The position numbers and the translations under genes are program-made. A stretch of DNA of 39,690 nucleotides from a virus, in the IMG/VR virus record IMGVR_UViG_3300045988_167796, positions 132,032 through 171,721 of that record, one strand, 5' to 3'. Shown here piece after piece: positions 17,418 to 27,087 of the stretch. The notes under the pieces are model-generated. The model was not told where the DNA came from. It ran no database searches and saw only the letters and a list, made by a program, of their open reading frames with translations. Positions within the stretch are counted from its first letter, which is position 1. Each line of letters starts with the position of its first letter.

Positions 17418-20285
17418 TTATTCAGATGTTTGAAAAGCGTCACTTTTTTTATTACGATATTTTGATTGCCTTAATTTATGTAAATAATCCTTATGTATTT
17501 CCGAGCATCTATCACATCGTTTACTTCTCATATTTGTTGATTGAACATTAAAAACACATCCGCAATCTACGCATACCATTGATTTTTTTCCGTTTAATTT
17601 ATTTACTTCTTTTCCCCTACAAGATCTACATTTACCTCTATATAAAACCTCATCCGTTCTCTTTCCGCATTTTCTACATATATTTTTATAATCAACATTT
17701 TCACACAAATTATTGTATATTTGTTCTCCATATATGTACCATAATAGCTTCTTTTTCCTCGTAGATGGTTTTTTATATAAAAATGATACAAGCGAATTAA
17801 TTACTTTATCATCGTTTGGTTCTATTTTATTTAGATCAGATTTTACCTGCATACATACAGCATTTATATTGTTCTTATCCTTATTATCGTCTTCATCAAG
17901 TTTTATATTGTTACCATATTTCTTATTCCATCTGTCAAACACAGCGTTTACTTCATCATTATAATAGAAGTCATTTTTATCCTTTAAGAACAATTTATAA
18001 TCAACTTTATCAAGTCTTTTTATGTTTTTAAACTGTTTCTTATTATCTTTTATTTCGTTTACTATTTTATTAATAGTACTATCGTTTATAGGTTCAACCT
18101 GTTCTAACGATTTATCTTTTGCGTAATAAAAGAAATACGGGACCTTCTGATTACTATATCTTTTCAGAATCTGATCTACGTGTTGAGGTCTAGTAGGTTT
18201 AAATAACGTTTTTGCATAATCTATAGTAAAATTAGTTTCCATGCATAACCATCTTACTGCATTTAATGATTCCTGCGTAATGTTACCACTGTTCCATATC
18301 TTTGTAATATCGTTACTAATACCACCAATACGACCTCCAGTAAATGCTAATTTAAGACCTTTGAAGATGTTTTCACAGGTAATCATCTCTGCATTTGCCT
18401 TTTTCATCTCATAATACAAAGGATTAACACCTTGCATACATCTCTCAGCAATGTTAATAAGCTTTTCTTGTGCTAAAACAAGCAGCCTGTCTCCATCTAC
18501 ATCAAACTGTAATATTCTACTTATAGGATCATGAACACTTGTATATATAGCATCTGTTGTAAACCATTCATCTAATCTTGTGCACCTAAACTTCTTATTA
18601 CAAACATTTTTTCTAACCGCATGTTCAATATATAAATGAGGGGATCTCAGACAATCAAGTTTTTCTTTATTCTTATATAACCTACAAAATACTTCACCAT
18701 TTGCAAGAAGTCCTATTGGAGATTCTACTCCCATAAATAAACGCTCACAAAATGCATATAGATCAGGTACAACAAAAGTAAATTTGCCAGTAACGTCTAA
18801 CTTCGCACTTCTGTATTTTTTTATCATGCTATTTTTTAAATCCCTAAGATCTGCTTTGCTTGCCGGATCGTTTAATAGCTCTGGATATATTTTTAATGAT
18901 TTCTGGAACCAATCTTTTTTACTTTCGTCATCATCGTCTAAATCAACACCAAAAAAATCAAGAGCATTTTCCAAACTATCACTTATAGTTTCTATTTTCT
19001 TATTTGCAAATTTACACATATCTGAAATTTCTTTATCAGTTGCATCATATAATGTTTGAAGCATTTGATAGTTGATTTTTGCATTTGAAATAGAATCTTC
19101 TTCTATATTGCATATACCTGCTTCGCAATTATATTTCTTAAAATAATACTTATATTCATCCCAGCTGTCATAATACTTGTACATTTTTAACTGAGATTTA
19201 GTGAATATAACTTGAATATCATCATCAAAAATATCGTATTCTTTTCCCCATATATCCCGAATTTTTGACGAGCAGTTATATGTTTTTATAAACTTTTTAT
19301 AATCAAAACTTCCTAATAATCCTTTAATAAACGGCATACGCACCATGAAGTTCTTTTTACTTAACGATGGAAGAATCATACCGGATCCATCTGTATGTGT
19401 AATCGGTATATCCATGACTACATCAGGAGTTATTTCATAAGATTTATAATCAATATTATCAACCTTACAATTTACCATTGTCTCAAAATCATCTACTACA
19501 ATACTTCTATCTATATCAAATGGAACTCCAAGAACATCTTCCCATAAATCAGTAGCAGAGTTTGCAAGAGCAAGATAAGCCAGGAATTTGTTAATATTCA
19601 TTCCGCCTTTTTCATTTATTTTATCTACAGTAAGACCACACATAAGTTTTAATTTACAACTCTCATATTTTTCTTCCTCTACAAATACAGCTTTTTTTGT
19701 TCTTATTTGTCCTGCAGAAGAGGAGAAGTATACGTAATGCTTATTGTTATAATTAAATCCGTCTAAAATTAGATTTTCAGCTATATCATAGTAAAATATT
19801 TCAAGGACAAAAATACCGTATGTAAGCTCATTTGTTTTTATATCAAAGCTTCTGCTTAATGTGGATTCAAACATTGCAATAACATTTGAAATATTTATTT
19901 TTCTATCGCCGTCTTCTTGGTCAACATAAGAAAGATATCTTTCGTCCAAACACCTTATTATTTTATCTTTATGTGTTTTGTTATATTCAAGTATATTTTT
20001 CGAGTTATCAGAGATATATTTTTTCCATCTTTCTTCTTCTGATTTTATTTCTTTATCAAACCACAAAAAATATTCTTCATATTTACTTAATATACATCCA
20101 TCTTTTTTTTCACGTTTTAATTTTGAAACAGTTTTAGTAATGCTTTCTTTATAATGTAATTTCGTATCATATATTTTTTTGTGTATTTTTTTTAATCTTA
20201 TTAATCGTTTTCTTTCATTTTTTTCTTCCTTTGTTAAAAACGCGCTAGTGTCAACCTTGAATAAACTAATTTGTCTATCTAGCAT
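17418..20285 (-). CDS. large 955-aa protein with DxDGD motif (QFDVDGDRL) and C-terminal multi-Cys zinc cluster; candidate YonO-like single-subunit two-barrel RNA polymerase (alternative: primase-polymerase)
   Basis: Uninterrupted 955-codon ORF with SD; DxDGD is the catalytic signature of two-double-psi-beta-barrel RNAPs; function unverified. Confidence 0.3.
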   Translation of the reverse strand: MLDRQISLFKVDTSAFLTKEEKNERKRLIRLKKIHKKIYDTKLHYKESITKTVSKLKREKKDGCILSKYEEYFLWFDKEIKSEEERWKKYISDNSKNILEYNKTHKDKIIRCLDERYLSYVDQEDGDRKINISNVIAMFESTLSRSFDIKTNELTYGIFVLEIFYYDIAENLILDGFNYNNKHYVYFSSSAGQIRTKKAVFVEEEKYESCKLKLMCGLTVDKINEKGGMNINKFLAYLALANSATDLWEDVLGVPFDIDRSIVVDDFETMVNCKVDNIDYKSYEITPDVVMDIPITHTDGSGMILPSLSKKNFMVRMPFIKGLLGSFDYKKFIKTYNCSSKIRDIWGKEYDIFDDDIQVIFTKSQLKMYKYYDSWDEYKYYFKKYNCEAGICNIEEDSISNAKINYQMLQTLYDATDKEISDMCKFANKKIETISDSLENALDFFGVDLDDDDESKKDWFQKSLKIYPELLNDPASKADLRDLKNSMIKKYRSAKLDVTGKFTFVVPDLYAFCERLFMGVESPIGLLANGEVFCRLYKNKEKLDCLRSPHLYIEHAVRKNVCNKKFRCTRLDEWFTTDAIYTSVHDPISRILQFDVDGDRLLVLAQEKLINIAERCMQGVNPLYYEMKKANAEMITCENIFKGLKLAFTGGRIGGISNDITKIWNSGNITQESLNAVRWLCMETNFTIDYAKTLFKPTRPQHVDQILKRYSNQKVPYFFYYAKDKSLEQVEPINDSTINKIVNEIKDNKKQFKNIKRLDKVDYKLFLKDKNDFYYNDEVNAVFDRWNKKYGNNIKLDEDDNKDKNNINAVCMQVKSDLNKIEPNDDKVINSLVSFLYKKPSTRKKKLLWYIYGEQIYNNLCENVDYKNICRKCGKRTDEVLYRGKCRSCRGKEVNKLNGKKSMVCVDCGCVFNVQSTNMRSKRCDRCSEIHKDYLHKLRQSKYRNKKSDAFQTSE

Positions 20286-20296
20286 ATATACCTCCG

Positions 20297-21130
20297 TTAT
20301 TTTTTAATCCATAAATCAGTATTAAATAGATAATCTAATGAATCTATATCTTCTAATCTCTTACAACATGCAGTGCTATAATTTCCAATATATTCATAAT
20401 AACCAGACCATCCGTTTTTAGTACTGTACGAGTAATATCGAAAATCCACATTTTCACTTTTAATTCTCATCATATTATTCTTGTTTTTATCATATCTATG
20501 TTTTTTATAATACATAAATTTTTTATTTTTAATTTTATTGATTGACCATTTATGATTAATGGTCATGAGCATTTCTAAATTACAATCATAATATAATAAG
20601 TTTTCAATCTTCTCTATCGTATTAAATCTCTTTATATTTCCTTCTTTGTTTCCTGAATAATATTCTTGAAAATAATTCTTTGCTCCAAGTATCCATATAT
20701 CTTTTATTCCAGCTGCATTATAAAGATCATGTCTTTCAAAATACTCAGATGCTATAGGAGTACATTGATATTCAATTACGTATTGTTCGGAATCATATTT
20801 AAACATAATGTCAGGACGCTGTTTCGTTCCTGGTATCCATCCTTCAAGAACAACATCATATGTTCCTGGCATATTTTTTATCCAATGAAACAAATCTTGT
20901 TTTCCTTTTAAATGTTCTTGCGTTTCTGATTCTATATATTTAGCTTCGCACATATTTTTGTCTTTATGTCTAAAATACGGCATTTTGATTTGACCATGAC
21001 AGTATTCATATGATTTCCCACATACAGGACATTTTAATATCCCTTTTTTGGACCACGACTTTAATTGGTCCTTGCTGTATATTCCATCTATACAATTAAT
21101 AATTTTGTTATTTAGTACACTTGTTAACAA
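20297..21130 (-). CDS. CoiA-like competence-family nuclease, 277 aa (TTG start)
   Basis: N-terminal CPVCG...H-x-YFRH zinc-finger signature of CoiA family followed by nuclease-like core; AAGGTGA SD. Confidence 0.6.
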   Translation of the reverse strand: MLTSVLNNKIINCIDGIYSKDQLKSWSKKGILKCPVCGKSYEYCHGQIKMPYFRHKDKNMCEAKYIESETQEHLKGKQDLFHWIKNMPGTYDVVLEGWIPGTKQRPDIMFKYDSEQYVIEYQCTPIASEYFERHDLYNAAGIKDIWILGAKNYFQEYYSGNKEGNIKRFNTIEKIENLLYYDCNLEMLMTINHKWSINKIKNKKFMYYKKHRYDKNKNNMMRIKSENVDFRYYSYSTKNGWSGYYEYIGNYSTACCKRLEDIDSLDYLFNTDLWIKK

Positions 21131-21156
21131 TTAATTTATCACCTTTATATAATATT

Positions 21157-23010
21157 TTAGAAAGTGCCGACTGAAGTATAAGGAGCACATACACGTTCAA
21201 CTAATAATGATACGTCAGATGATCCATCAAATGTTGAACTATAATTAGCCGTACATGTTGAAGAATAATTTTGTCTATTTTGCAATCTTTCCGACAGTCT
21301 GCTTAAAGTATCATGTGTAGCATTTCCTGCGCTAACAGCAGAAATTGATTCAATTTCAGTAGCAGTCACAGTTCTTTCTCTAGTCCCAGCATTATCAAGA
21401 CCTCTACCTAAGTCAAAACCTACATAATCAGGTAAAGTACGACTATAGAAATTTGACAATTCTTCTAATCTTTGAATATCCCGTCTAGACATAGACGCAT
21501 TTTCATTATCTTCTTTATTCTTCTTTTTCCTTTTATACTTAGCCAACTCTTTTTGAGCATCATTTAACTCAGACTGCAGGCGCTTCTTTTCCATAAAATT
21601 TGAACAATGATTTAACTTCTTTTTTAAATAAGAAATATTGTCTTTTATCTTTTGAATTTCATCATCAACTTTTTGATCGTTTTCTTTTTTGTTTTTCTTA
21701 TTTAATCTCGTATTGTAATATTTACGTAACTCAATAGAAAATGTACTCATTATATCTTCCCATTGAATACATTCGATTTTTTCAATATTAATAGATTTAG
21801 CAAAATCAATAATGTCTTTTACAAATTCAAAAGTAAGAAGAAGTGTTTCTGGTTTTAATGTACTTTTAAACATACGAAATTCAATCGTATCTCTATGAGC
21901 AAGATTTAATGCAACTCTTTTACCTATACTTTTATAACGTCCGTATAATTCAACTACTGAGTCCTCTAACTTACCTTTGCCTACAAATTGACTATAGTCA
22001 TTATTTCTTCTTGCAATAACACAAATTTGATCATTAAATTTCTCGATAATATATAGTATCTTAGAAATTGTTAATTGCTGCAGAAGAGTAGTCTTTCCAA
22101 GATAGCTTCTGTTTGCATGGATATGTAATCCGGCACAGTCGCAATCGTGTCCTTTATATCCAAGACTATCAAGATACCTAAACATCTCTTTGTAATTCAT
22201 TTTATTTTTATGAAATTCTAAACTACAAGGCATTGTATCTAATTCTATTTGAACAGTACCATCATGCGTACTATAGATTAAATCTTCTTCATCAGAATCA
22301 GATCCGTTCATAATCTGAATACATTTTTTTACAACTTCTTCTCGATTTTTCTCATGTTTATTCCCGGCAATTTCAATTTCGGCACCAAGTAGAAGAGCGG
22401 TATTTTCACTCTCATATGGCATATAGTGAGGAATATATACTGGAGTATAATTAAATTGATGAATGTATTTTTTTTGTGGTTTACTTTCAAATGTAATCTC
22501 ACGTGTGAAGTCAATATTCCTTGCGTTTATAAATTCCGTGCGTGTTGAACTACTACAATAATATGATTGATTTGTAATACTTTCATAGTCTGCGATAGTT
22601 ATTCTATTTTGATTTAATAATATACGTGCATCAAAATGTATATTATCACAATTATATCTTTCACAATTATCACATTGTTCTTTAATTTTTGATATATATT
22701 CATCGTAATTGCTATATGGTATTTCTTTTACAGACCCGTTATAATCTTCGTACAAATTATTGTATTGAAAAATATAAGAATTTAAGGATCTATTAAATTT
22801 ATCTATCAATAGCTCTTCTTTTATAACAAAATTTTCACTATCAATGTTTGTAATTTTTAATACTTTTTTTTCACTTGTATTATTATTCATAAAGTTAAAA
22901 CAGCACATTACAGTTCTAGAACACTTTTTTATTAATTTTCCATTTATTGTATACGGTGGCTGCATACTTAAAACAACACTTTCCACCATTATATCTGGTA
23001 ATAATCTCAT
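21157..23010 (-). CDS. hypothetical protein, 617 aa; weak resemblance to GS-like amidoligase motifs; coiled-coil Lys-rich C-terminal third
   Basis: Motif series GAEIEI, THDGT..ELDT, GLHIHAN, R..EFR in the order seen in Amidoligase_2-type enzymes; unverified. Confidence 0.25.
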   Translation of the reverse strand: MRLLPDIMVESVVLSMQPPYTINGKLIKKCSRTVMCCFNFMNNNTSEKKVLKITNIDSENFVIKEELLIDKFNRSLNSYIFQYNNLYEDYNGSVKEIPYSNYDEYISKIKEQCDNCERYNCDNIHFDARILLNQNRITIADYESITNQSYYCSSSTRTEFINARNIDFTREITFESKPQKKYIHQFNYTPVYIPHYMPYESENTALLLGAEIEIAGNKHEKNREEVVKKCIQIMNGSDSDEEDLIYSTHDGTVQIELDTMPCSLEFHKNKMNYKEMFRYLDSLGYKGHDCDCAGLHIHANRSYLGKTTLLQQLTISKILYIIEKFNDQICVIARRNNDYSQFVGKGKLEDSVVELYGRYKSIGKRVALNLAHRDTIEFRMFKSTLKPETLLLTFEFVKDIIDFAKSINIEKIECIQWEDIMSTFSIELRKYYNTRLNKKNKKENDQKVDDEIQKIKDNISYLKKKLNHCSNFMEKKRLQSELNDAQKELAKYKRKKKNKEDNENASMSRRDIQRLEELSNFYSRTLPDYVGFDLGRGLDNAGTRERTVTATEIESISAVSAGNATHDTLSRLSERLQNRQNYSSTCTANYSSTFDGSSDVSLLVERVCAPYTSVGTF

Positions 23011-23016
23011 TTATAT

Positions 23017-23271
23017 TTAATCCTCTTTATTTCTTTCATTATTCATTTTCATATAGTCTTCAAAAGTTATACCTTTTATAATAAAAAACTCAGAATGACT
23101 TCCAACGTCAATCCAAATACTGTCATCATCAGTACCGCAAACACGTTTGTAATAACTCTTGAAATTATGGTCCTTTAGGAATTTATTTATTGCTACAAAA
23201 GCTTCATCAATTGTCTCAGGTTCGGATAGAAGAGTAGTTCTTCTATCCGAATGTCTAAAATATAATTTCAT
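23017..23271 (-). CDS. hypothetical protein, 84 aa
   Basis: ORF with SD in same-strand gene string. Confidence 0.55.
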   Translation of the reverse strand: MKLYFRHSDRRTTLLSEPETIDEAFVAINKFLKDHNFKSYYKRVCGTDDDSIWIDVGSHSEFFIIKGITFEDYMKMNNERNKED

Positions 23272-23285
23272 CTTTTTCTTGCTCC

Positions 23286-23489
23286 TTACCCAAGAATTAA
23301 TCTAGGTTTTTCATAATTTTTTAATAAAACGTCTGTTAATGCTTCCCTGCAATCGTCATTATTATCATAAAGAATTCCGCACGTATTCGATTCATTTCTT
23401 AACATACAATTTGAACATCCATTTTTATTTTCATTACAAAAATCTTTTAATAATTTAATGGCGTCATAAATTTCTTTTTCTGAATACAT
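23286..23489 (-). CDS. hypothetical Cys-rich protein, 67 aa
   Basis: ORF with SD; 6 Cys. Confidence 0.5.
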   Translation of the reverse strand: MYSEKEIYDAIKLLKDFCNENKNGCSNCMLRNESNTCGILYDNNDDCREALTDVLLKNYEKPRLILG

Positions 23490-23501
23490 AGTTTTATCTC
23501 C

Positions 23502-24197
23502 TTAATTATTCGTTCTTTCTATAATTTTCCTGTCAAGTTTTATAACTCTAACTGATGTGATCATACTCAAAAGTTCATCAATAGAATTAATCGCAACATC
23601 AATCTTTGAACCAGTACTATCGTAAAAATCTAAGCACAATTCATTATATTCATCTCTATAGAATCCATGAGATTCTTCATCCATCCATTCTTCAAACATC
23701 TCTTCAATGTTTTTTAATTCTTCATAAAATGATACGGCGTATCCTCCGTATGTTCTATATTCAGCTGTGAAATATCTGATATAATCATCATCTGCAACAA
23801 AAATAATTTCATATTCTATTTCATAATTAACATTCGTACATTTATCAACATATGTATTAATTACAGTAGGAATAGAAGAGCAGTGCCCTTTTACTCTATA
23901 CGGAATGTAATAATCAGTTACGTAATATGATTTATAAGTATCAATGTCTATTACATTATGTTCTTTTGTAATAAGATGCATATCATTACGAAGACGATCA
24001 AAAATATCTGTATTTCCGTTATCGCAATCAGCTTTAAAGAAAGATTTTACTTTTCCTGATTCGTTATAAATCCGTCCAACTTTATCAGCATATGCGTGAC
24101 CATTCCATTTATGAACAGTAATAGCAATTTCGTCATCTAAGATTCCTGTATATTCCGGAATATGCTCAATTGCTTCTAATTTAATTTTTTTACTCAT
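23502..24197 (-). CDS. hypothetical protein, 231 aa (start moved to ATG 24197 with AAGGAGAA SD)
   Basis: Internal ATG with strong SD; avoids overlap with upstream gene. Confidence 0.65.
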   Translation of the reverse strand: MSKKIKLEAIEHIPEYTGILDDEIAITVHKWNGHAYADKVGRIYNESGKVKSFFKADCDNGNTDIFDRLRNDMHLITKEHNVIDIDTYKSYYVTDYYIPYRVKGHCSSIPTVINTYVDKCTNVNYEIEYEIIFVADDDYIRYFTAEYRTYGGYAVSFYEELKNIEEMFEEWMDEESHGFYRDEYNELCLDFYDSTGSKIDVAINSIDELLSMITSVRVIKLDRKIIERTNN

Positions 24198-24250
24198 TTT
24201 ATTCTCCTTAAAATATATAATTTTAATACCAATATGTTCAGATAAATCAA

Positions 24251-24433
24251 TTAAGAAAACCACTTAGGAACATCTCTATACGCATCTGCAATTTCACATA
24301 AATCCAATTCTTCTAACAAATCACATATAATAGAATCAGCATCTTCATGCTCACATTGATGTGTACATGTGCGTAGCAATTTTACATATTTATGTTCAAT
24401 TCCATATTTATTGTTTTCATCTAAAATAGCCAT
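24251..24433 (-). CDS. hypothetical protein, 60 aa
   Basis: Start overlaps stop of upstream gene (coupling). Confidence 0.45.
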   Translation of the reverse strand: MAILDENNKYGIEHKYVKLLRTCTHQCEHEDADSIICDLLEELDLCEIADAYRDVPKWFS

Positions 24434-24801
24434 TATAATTCTCCTTCAAATTCTTTCTTAAGTTCTTCATATAGCTTTCTTCGTTTTGTTTGTCCTTCTT
24501 TTTTCTTTGCTTCTGCAGCTTCTTTTTTTTTTTTTGCCAGTTCAATTATTCTAATCTGTTCATTTCGAATAATTCTTGCTTCATTTAAATAGTTTGTATC
24601 GCAGAATTTATCATAAGGAATAGTTATGTTATCAACGCAATCTCCTTCATTATCAATGATACTGATAATTAATCTACCACTATCTAATTCGTATTCTAAA
24701 TACGATCTATACAGCAAATCTAACTCTTCACAAATTTCACGACAACGATCATATATCTCATTATCTAATCGTTCATAAAAATTTAATTCAATTTCTGTCA
24801 T
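24433..24801 (-). CDS. hypothetical protein, 122 aa, Lys/Glu-rich C-terminus
   Basis: ORF with SD; degenerate copy of the 21-nt motif upstream. Confidence 0.65.
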   Translation of the reverse strand: MTEIELNFYERLDNEIYDRCREICEELDLLYRSYLEYELDSGRLIISIIDNEGDCVDNITIPYDKFCDTNYLNEARIIRNEQIRIIELAKKKKEAAEAKKKEGQTKRRKLYEELKKEFEGEL

Positions 24802-24825
24802 ATTGTAATGTTTTCTACTTTATTT

Positions 24826-25218
24826 TTAATATCTGATAATATGCACATCTAATCCGTATCTTTCTGCAATATCAATCATATTTTTAGTCCCTTTAGATTT
24901 TCCATCCCAGAAAGCAATCAGCATACCGTAACAATCATCTTCAGAATCATATTTTGCCATATCTGCATTTCTAATAGCTCCTGCACGTTTTCCGTATGCC
25001 GTCCAGTTAGCTGGGAAGCGTTTTATTGGAATATTATATAAAGCAGCAAATTGCTCTCCTAATCTATCTGCACCTTTGGCTGTTCCACTTATAATTTTTG
25101 TTTTTTCATGTATTGGGACATGCGGAGGAGAAATGAGATCGTATACAGTTGTACTAAGTAAATCATAATCTTTAAAATCTCTTCCTCCGGCAATAATCAC
25201 TCTTAACTCTTTACACAT
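24826..25218 (-). CDS. SLOG-superfamily (DUF2493/YspA-like) protein, 130 aa
   Basis: VIIAGGRDF ... GTAKGADRLGEQFA ... RNADM pattern typical of DUF2493/SLOG Rossmann-like proteins; AAGGAG SD. Confidence 0.5.
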   Translation of the reverse strand: MCKELRVIIAGGRDFKDYDLLSTTVYDLISPPHVPIHEKTKIISGTAKGADRLGEQFAALYNIPIKRFPANWTAYGKRAGAIRNADMAKYDSEDDCYGMLIAFWDGKSKGTKNMIDIAERYGLDVHIIRY

Positions 25219-25220
25219 TT

Positions 25221-26123
25221 TTATCTCCTTGCTTCGTACATTTCTTTAATAAGCTCTTTTACATCAGATTCAAATAGCTTGACTGCTAATTCATATAGTT
25301 CTGGGATCATTCCAAGTACTTTATCTACATAATCAAGTTTGTTTTTAAGTTTTGGACTATGATTACGGTTATAGCTTTCAAATCTTAAAGTAAGATTAAT
25401 ATGAAACTTATTTTCAAACTCCCTGTACAGAACACCCCATCTGTTTTCGAATTTACCGCCGTTATGACGCATTACTCTATTTAGAATCATTCTCTGATCA
25501 GCTACAGAGATTTCATCTGTGAATTTTTGAATGATATCCTGTTTATAATCCAAATCTGATTTCTGTTTAGTAATCGTATCCTGCTGTGTCCGGATCAATG
25601 TATTCTGCTCCTGGATTGTATGTAATGTAGTTCTAAATAAGATTTTCGTAGATTCATCTGCAAAAGGAAGATAAGTATTGATAAATACATCTTCATTATG
25701 TACATAGCCGCCTGTCTTACGGATCGTAGGAAGTACTTCTGCAGTTACCCAGTGTTTGAACTTCTTGGCGGAGGGGAGTTTGCTGCTGAAGATCAGTGAG
25801 TAAAGACCAGATTCGTTGATCCATGTAGGAAATTGTTTTCTTCCAATGCTGTCTGTAATAGATGGGGTAGCGTTTGGCGACCCCATAATTTTGTCACATT
25901 CTTCAACATGATTAGTAATAGCGTCTTTTGTATTCTTAAATCCTAACGCTTCTGCTACATCTTTCCCAACAAACCAAGGTTCATTATCTATGGTGAGGAC
26001 TCTTACTGATCCGAACTCAGGATTGGTGAAGATTGATGGAGTTGATGTGGTAGTGTTATTTGTATTAGTATTTGTAGTTGTGTTTGTAGATTCTTTCTTA
26101 TTATTTGTGTTTCTTTTCTTCAT
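25221..26123 (-). CDS. phage antirepressor, Bro-N domain + KilA-C/ORF6C-like C-terminal domain, 300 aa
   Basis: FGSVRVLTIDNEPWFVGKDVAEALGF..HVEE motif block of Bro-N; Thr/Asn-rich low-complexity N-terminus. Confidence 0.75.
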   Translation of the reverse strand: MKKRNTNNKKESTNTTTNTNTNNTTTSTPSIFTNPEFGSVRVLTIDNEPWFVGKDVAEALGFKNTKDAITNHVEECDKIMGSPNATPSITDSIGRKQFPTWINESGLYSLIFSSKLPSAKKFKHWVTAEVLPTIRKTGGYVHNEDVFINTYLPFADESTKILFRTTLHTIQEQNTLIRTQQDTITKQKSDLDYKQDIIQKFTDEISVADQRMILNRVMRHNGGKFENRWGVLYREFENKFHINLTLRFESYNRNHSPKLKNKLDYVDKVLGMIPELYELAVKLFESDVKELIKEMYEARR

Positions 26124-26147
26124 ATTTAATTCTCCTTGCTTTCTACA

Positions 26148-26169
26148 TTTTTAATATTACTCATTATAG
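26148..26169 (-). promoter_or_regulatory. copy of conserved motif CTATAATGAGTAATATTAAAAAT upstream of antirepressor gene
   Basis: TATAAT -10-like hexamer plus AATATT palindromic core, about 45 nt upstream of ATG 26123. Confidence 0.5.
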
Positions 26170-26170
26170 T

Positions 26171-26362
26171 TTAAAATAATTTACGTCCACATGTGGGACA
26201 TCTATATAGAACAAATTCGCTCTTAGGATCATCTTTTACTGCCAAACGGTAATTATTACCGGATACATCACATCGGATTAAAAGATTTCCCATACCAAGA
26301 GATTGTTCTAGCTTGTTGTTTACATTTTCATAATTTTTATAATTGCATGTACTACATGACAT
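26171..26362 (-). CDS. zinc-ribbon protein, 63 aa
   Basis: CSTC...CPTC; GAGGT SD. Confidence 0.55.
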   Translation of the reverse strand: MSCSTCNYKNYENVNNKLEQSLGMGNLLIRCDVSGNNYRLAVKDDPKSEFVLYRCPTCGRKLF

Positions 26363-26377
26363 TTGTTATTACCTCGC

Positions 26378-26400
26378 TTTTTTAATATTGCTCATTATAG
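26378..26400 (-). promoter_or_regulatory. copy of conserved motif CTATAATGAGCAATATTAAAAA upstream of zinc-ribbon gene
   Basis: Same 21-22 nt motif; ends 19 nt before ATG 26362; overlaps stop of HAD gene. Confidence 0.5.
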
Positions 26401-26970
26401 ATTATTATTTAATAAATATATTGCTTCTTTTACATTATCATCCTGTAATCCACCAGGGCGATTCCAGTAAGATGTATGGATCAAATTATTTATACCTAAT
26501 TTCCTATATGCAGTGTATCTGTAATCATCATCAAGAATTACATAATTTGAAATTTCACGATGTTGATCAAGATATACACGTATATCATATGGTCGGCCTT
26601 TTAAAGTTTCAGGCGTTTGATCATATATATGAAGGTTTTCTTCTGCAAGAGAGGAGAGAAGATATTTCCATTGTGGATGTTCTGGAATATCTGATAATGA
26701 TCTCCATGATGAACATAGAACTATTTTTGCACCTGTTTCTTCTATAATAGTGCGTAAACGTTTTGTTCGCACCGGATCTATCTCTGTATAAGATGTAGAA
26801 GTGTTTGGTTGTAGAGATGCCGGAATAATGTGATCCCCAGCACCGTATTCATGTGCAAAATAATAGTCTGAGTTCAAAACCCCATCTATATCTAGGAATA
26901 CACATTTTATTTTTTGCGTATTTTTGGTTTGGTCTGATATAAAGGGTGGTAAAGTCTGTAACGGTTCTAT
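26395..26970 (-). CDS. HAD-superfamily phosphatase/nucleotidase-like protein; N-terminus uncertain (no canonical start upstream of catalytic motif)
   Basis: Motif I VFLDIDGVL and motif II IVLCSSW; track start (TTG 26877) falls after motif I; only in-frame candidate is ATA 9 nt after GGAGG. Confidence 0.5.
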   Translation of the reverse strand: MEPLQTLPPFISDQTKNTQKIKCVFLDIDGVLNSDYYFAHEYGAGDHIIPASLQPNTSTSYTEIDPVRTKRLRTIIEETGAKIVLCSSWRSLSDIPEHPQWKYLLSSLAEENLHIYDQTPETLKGRPYDIRVYLDQHREISNYVILDDDYRYTAYRKLGINNLIHTSYWNRPGGLQDDNVKEAIYLLNNNL

Positions 26971-27064
26971 ATAGCCCCGCCTCCGTTCCTTTTTAGTTTA
27001 TTTTGCTTGTGTTTTAGTGCAGAATTATTAAAACGTATTAAATTGTATTCTTTATGCATTTTGC

Positions 27065-27087
27065 GTTTTTAATATTGCTTGTTATGG
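27065..27087 (-). promoter_or_regulatory. degenerate copy of conserved motif (CCATAACAAGCAATATTAAAAAC) upstream of HAD gene
   Basis: Shares AAGCAATATTAAAAA core. Confidence 0.35.
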
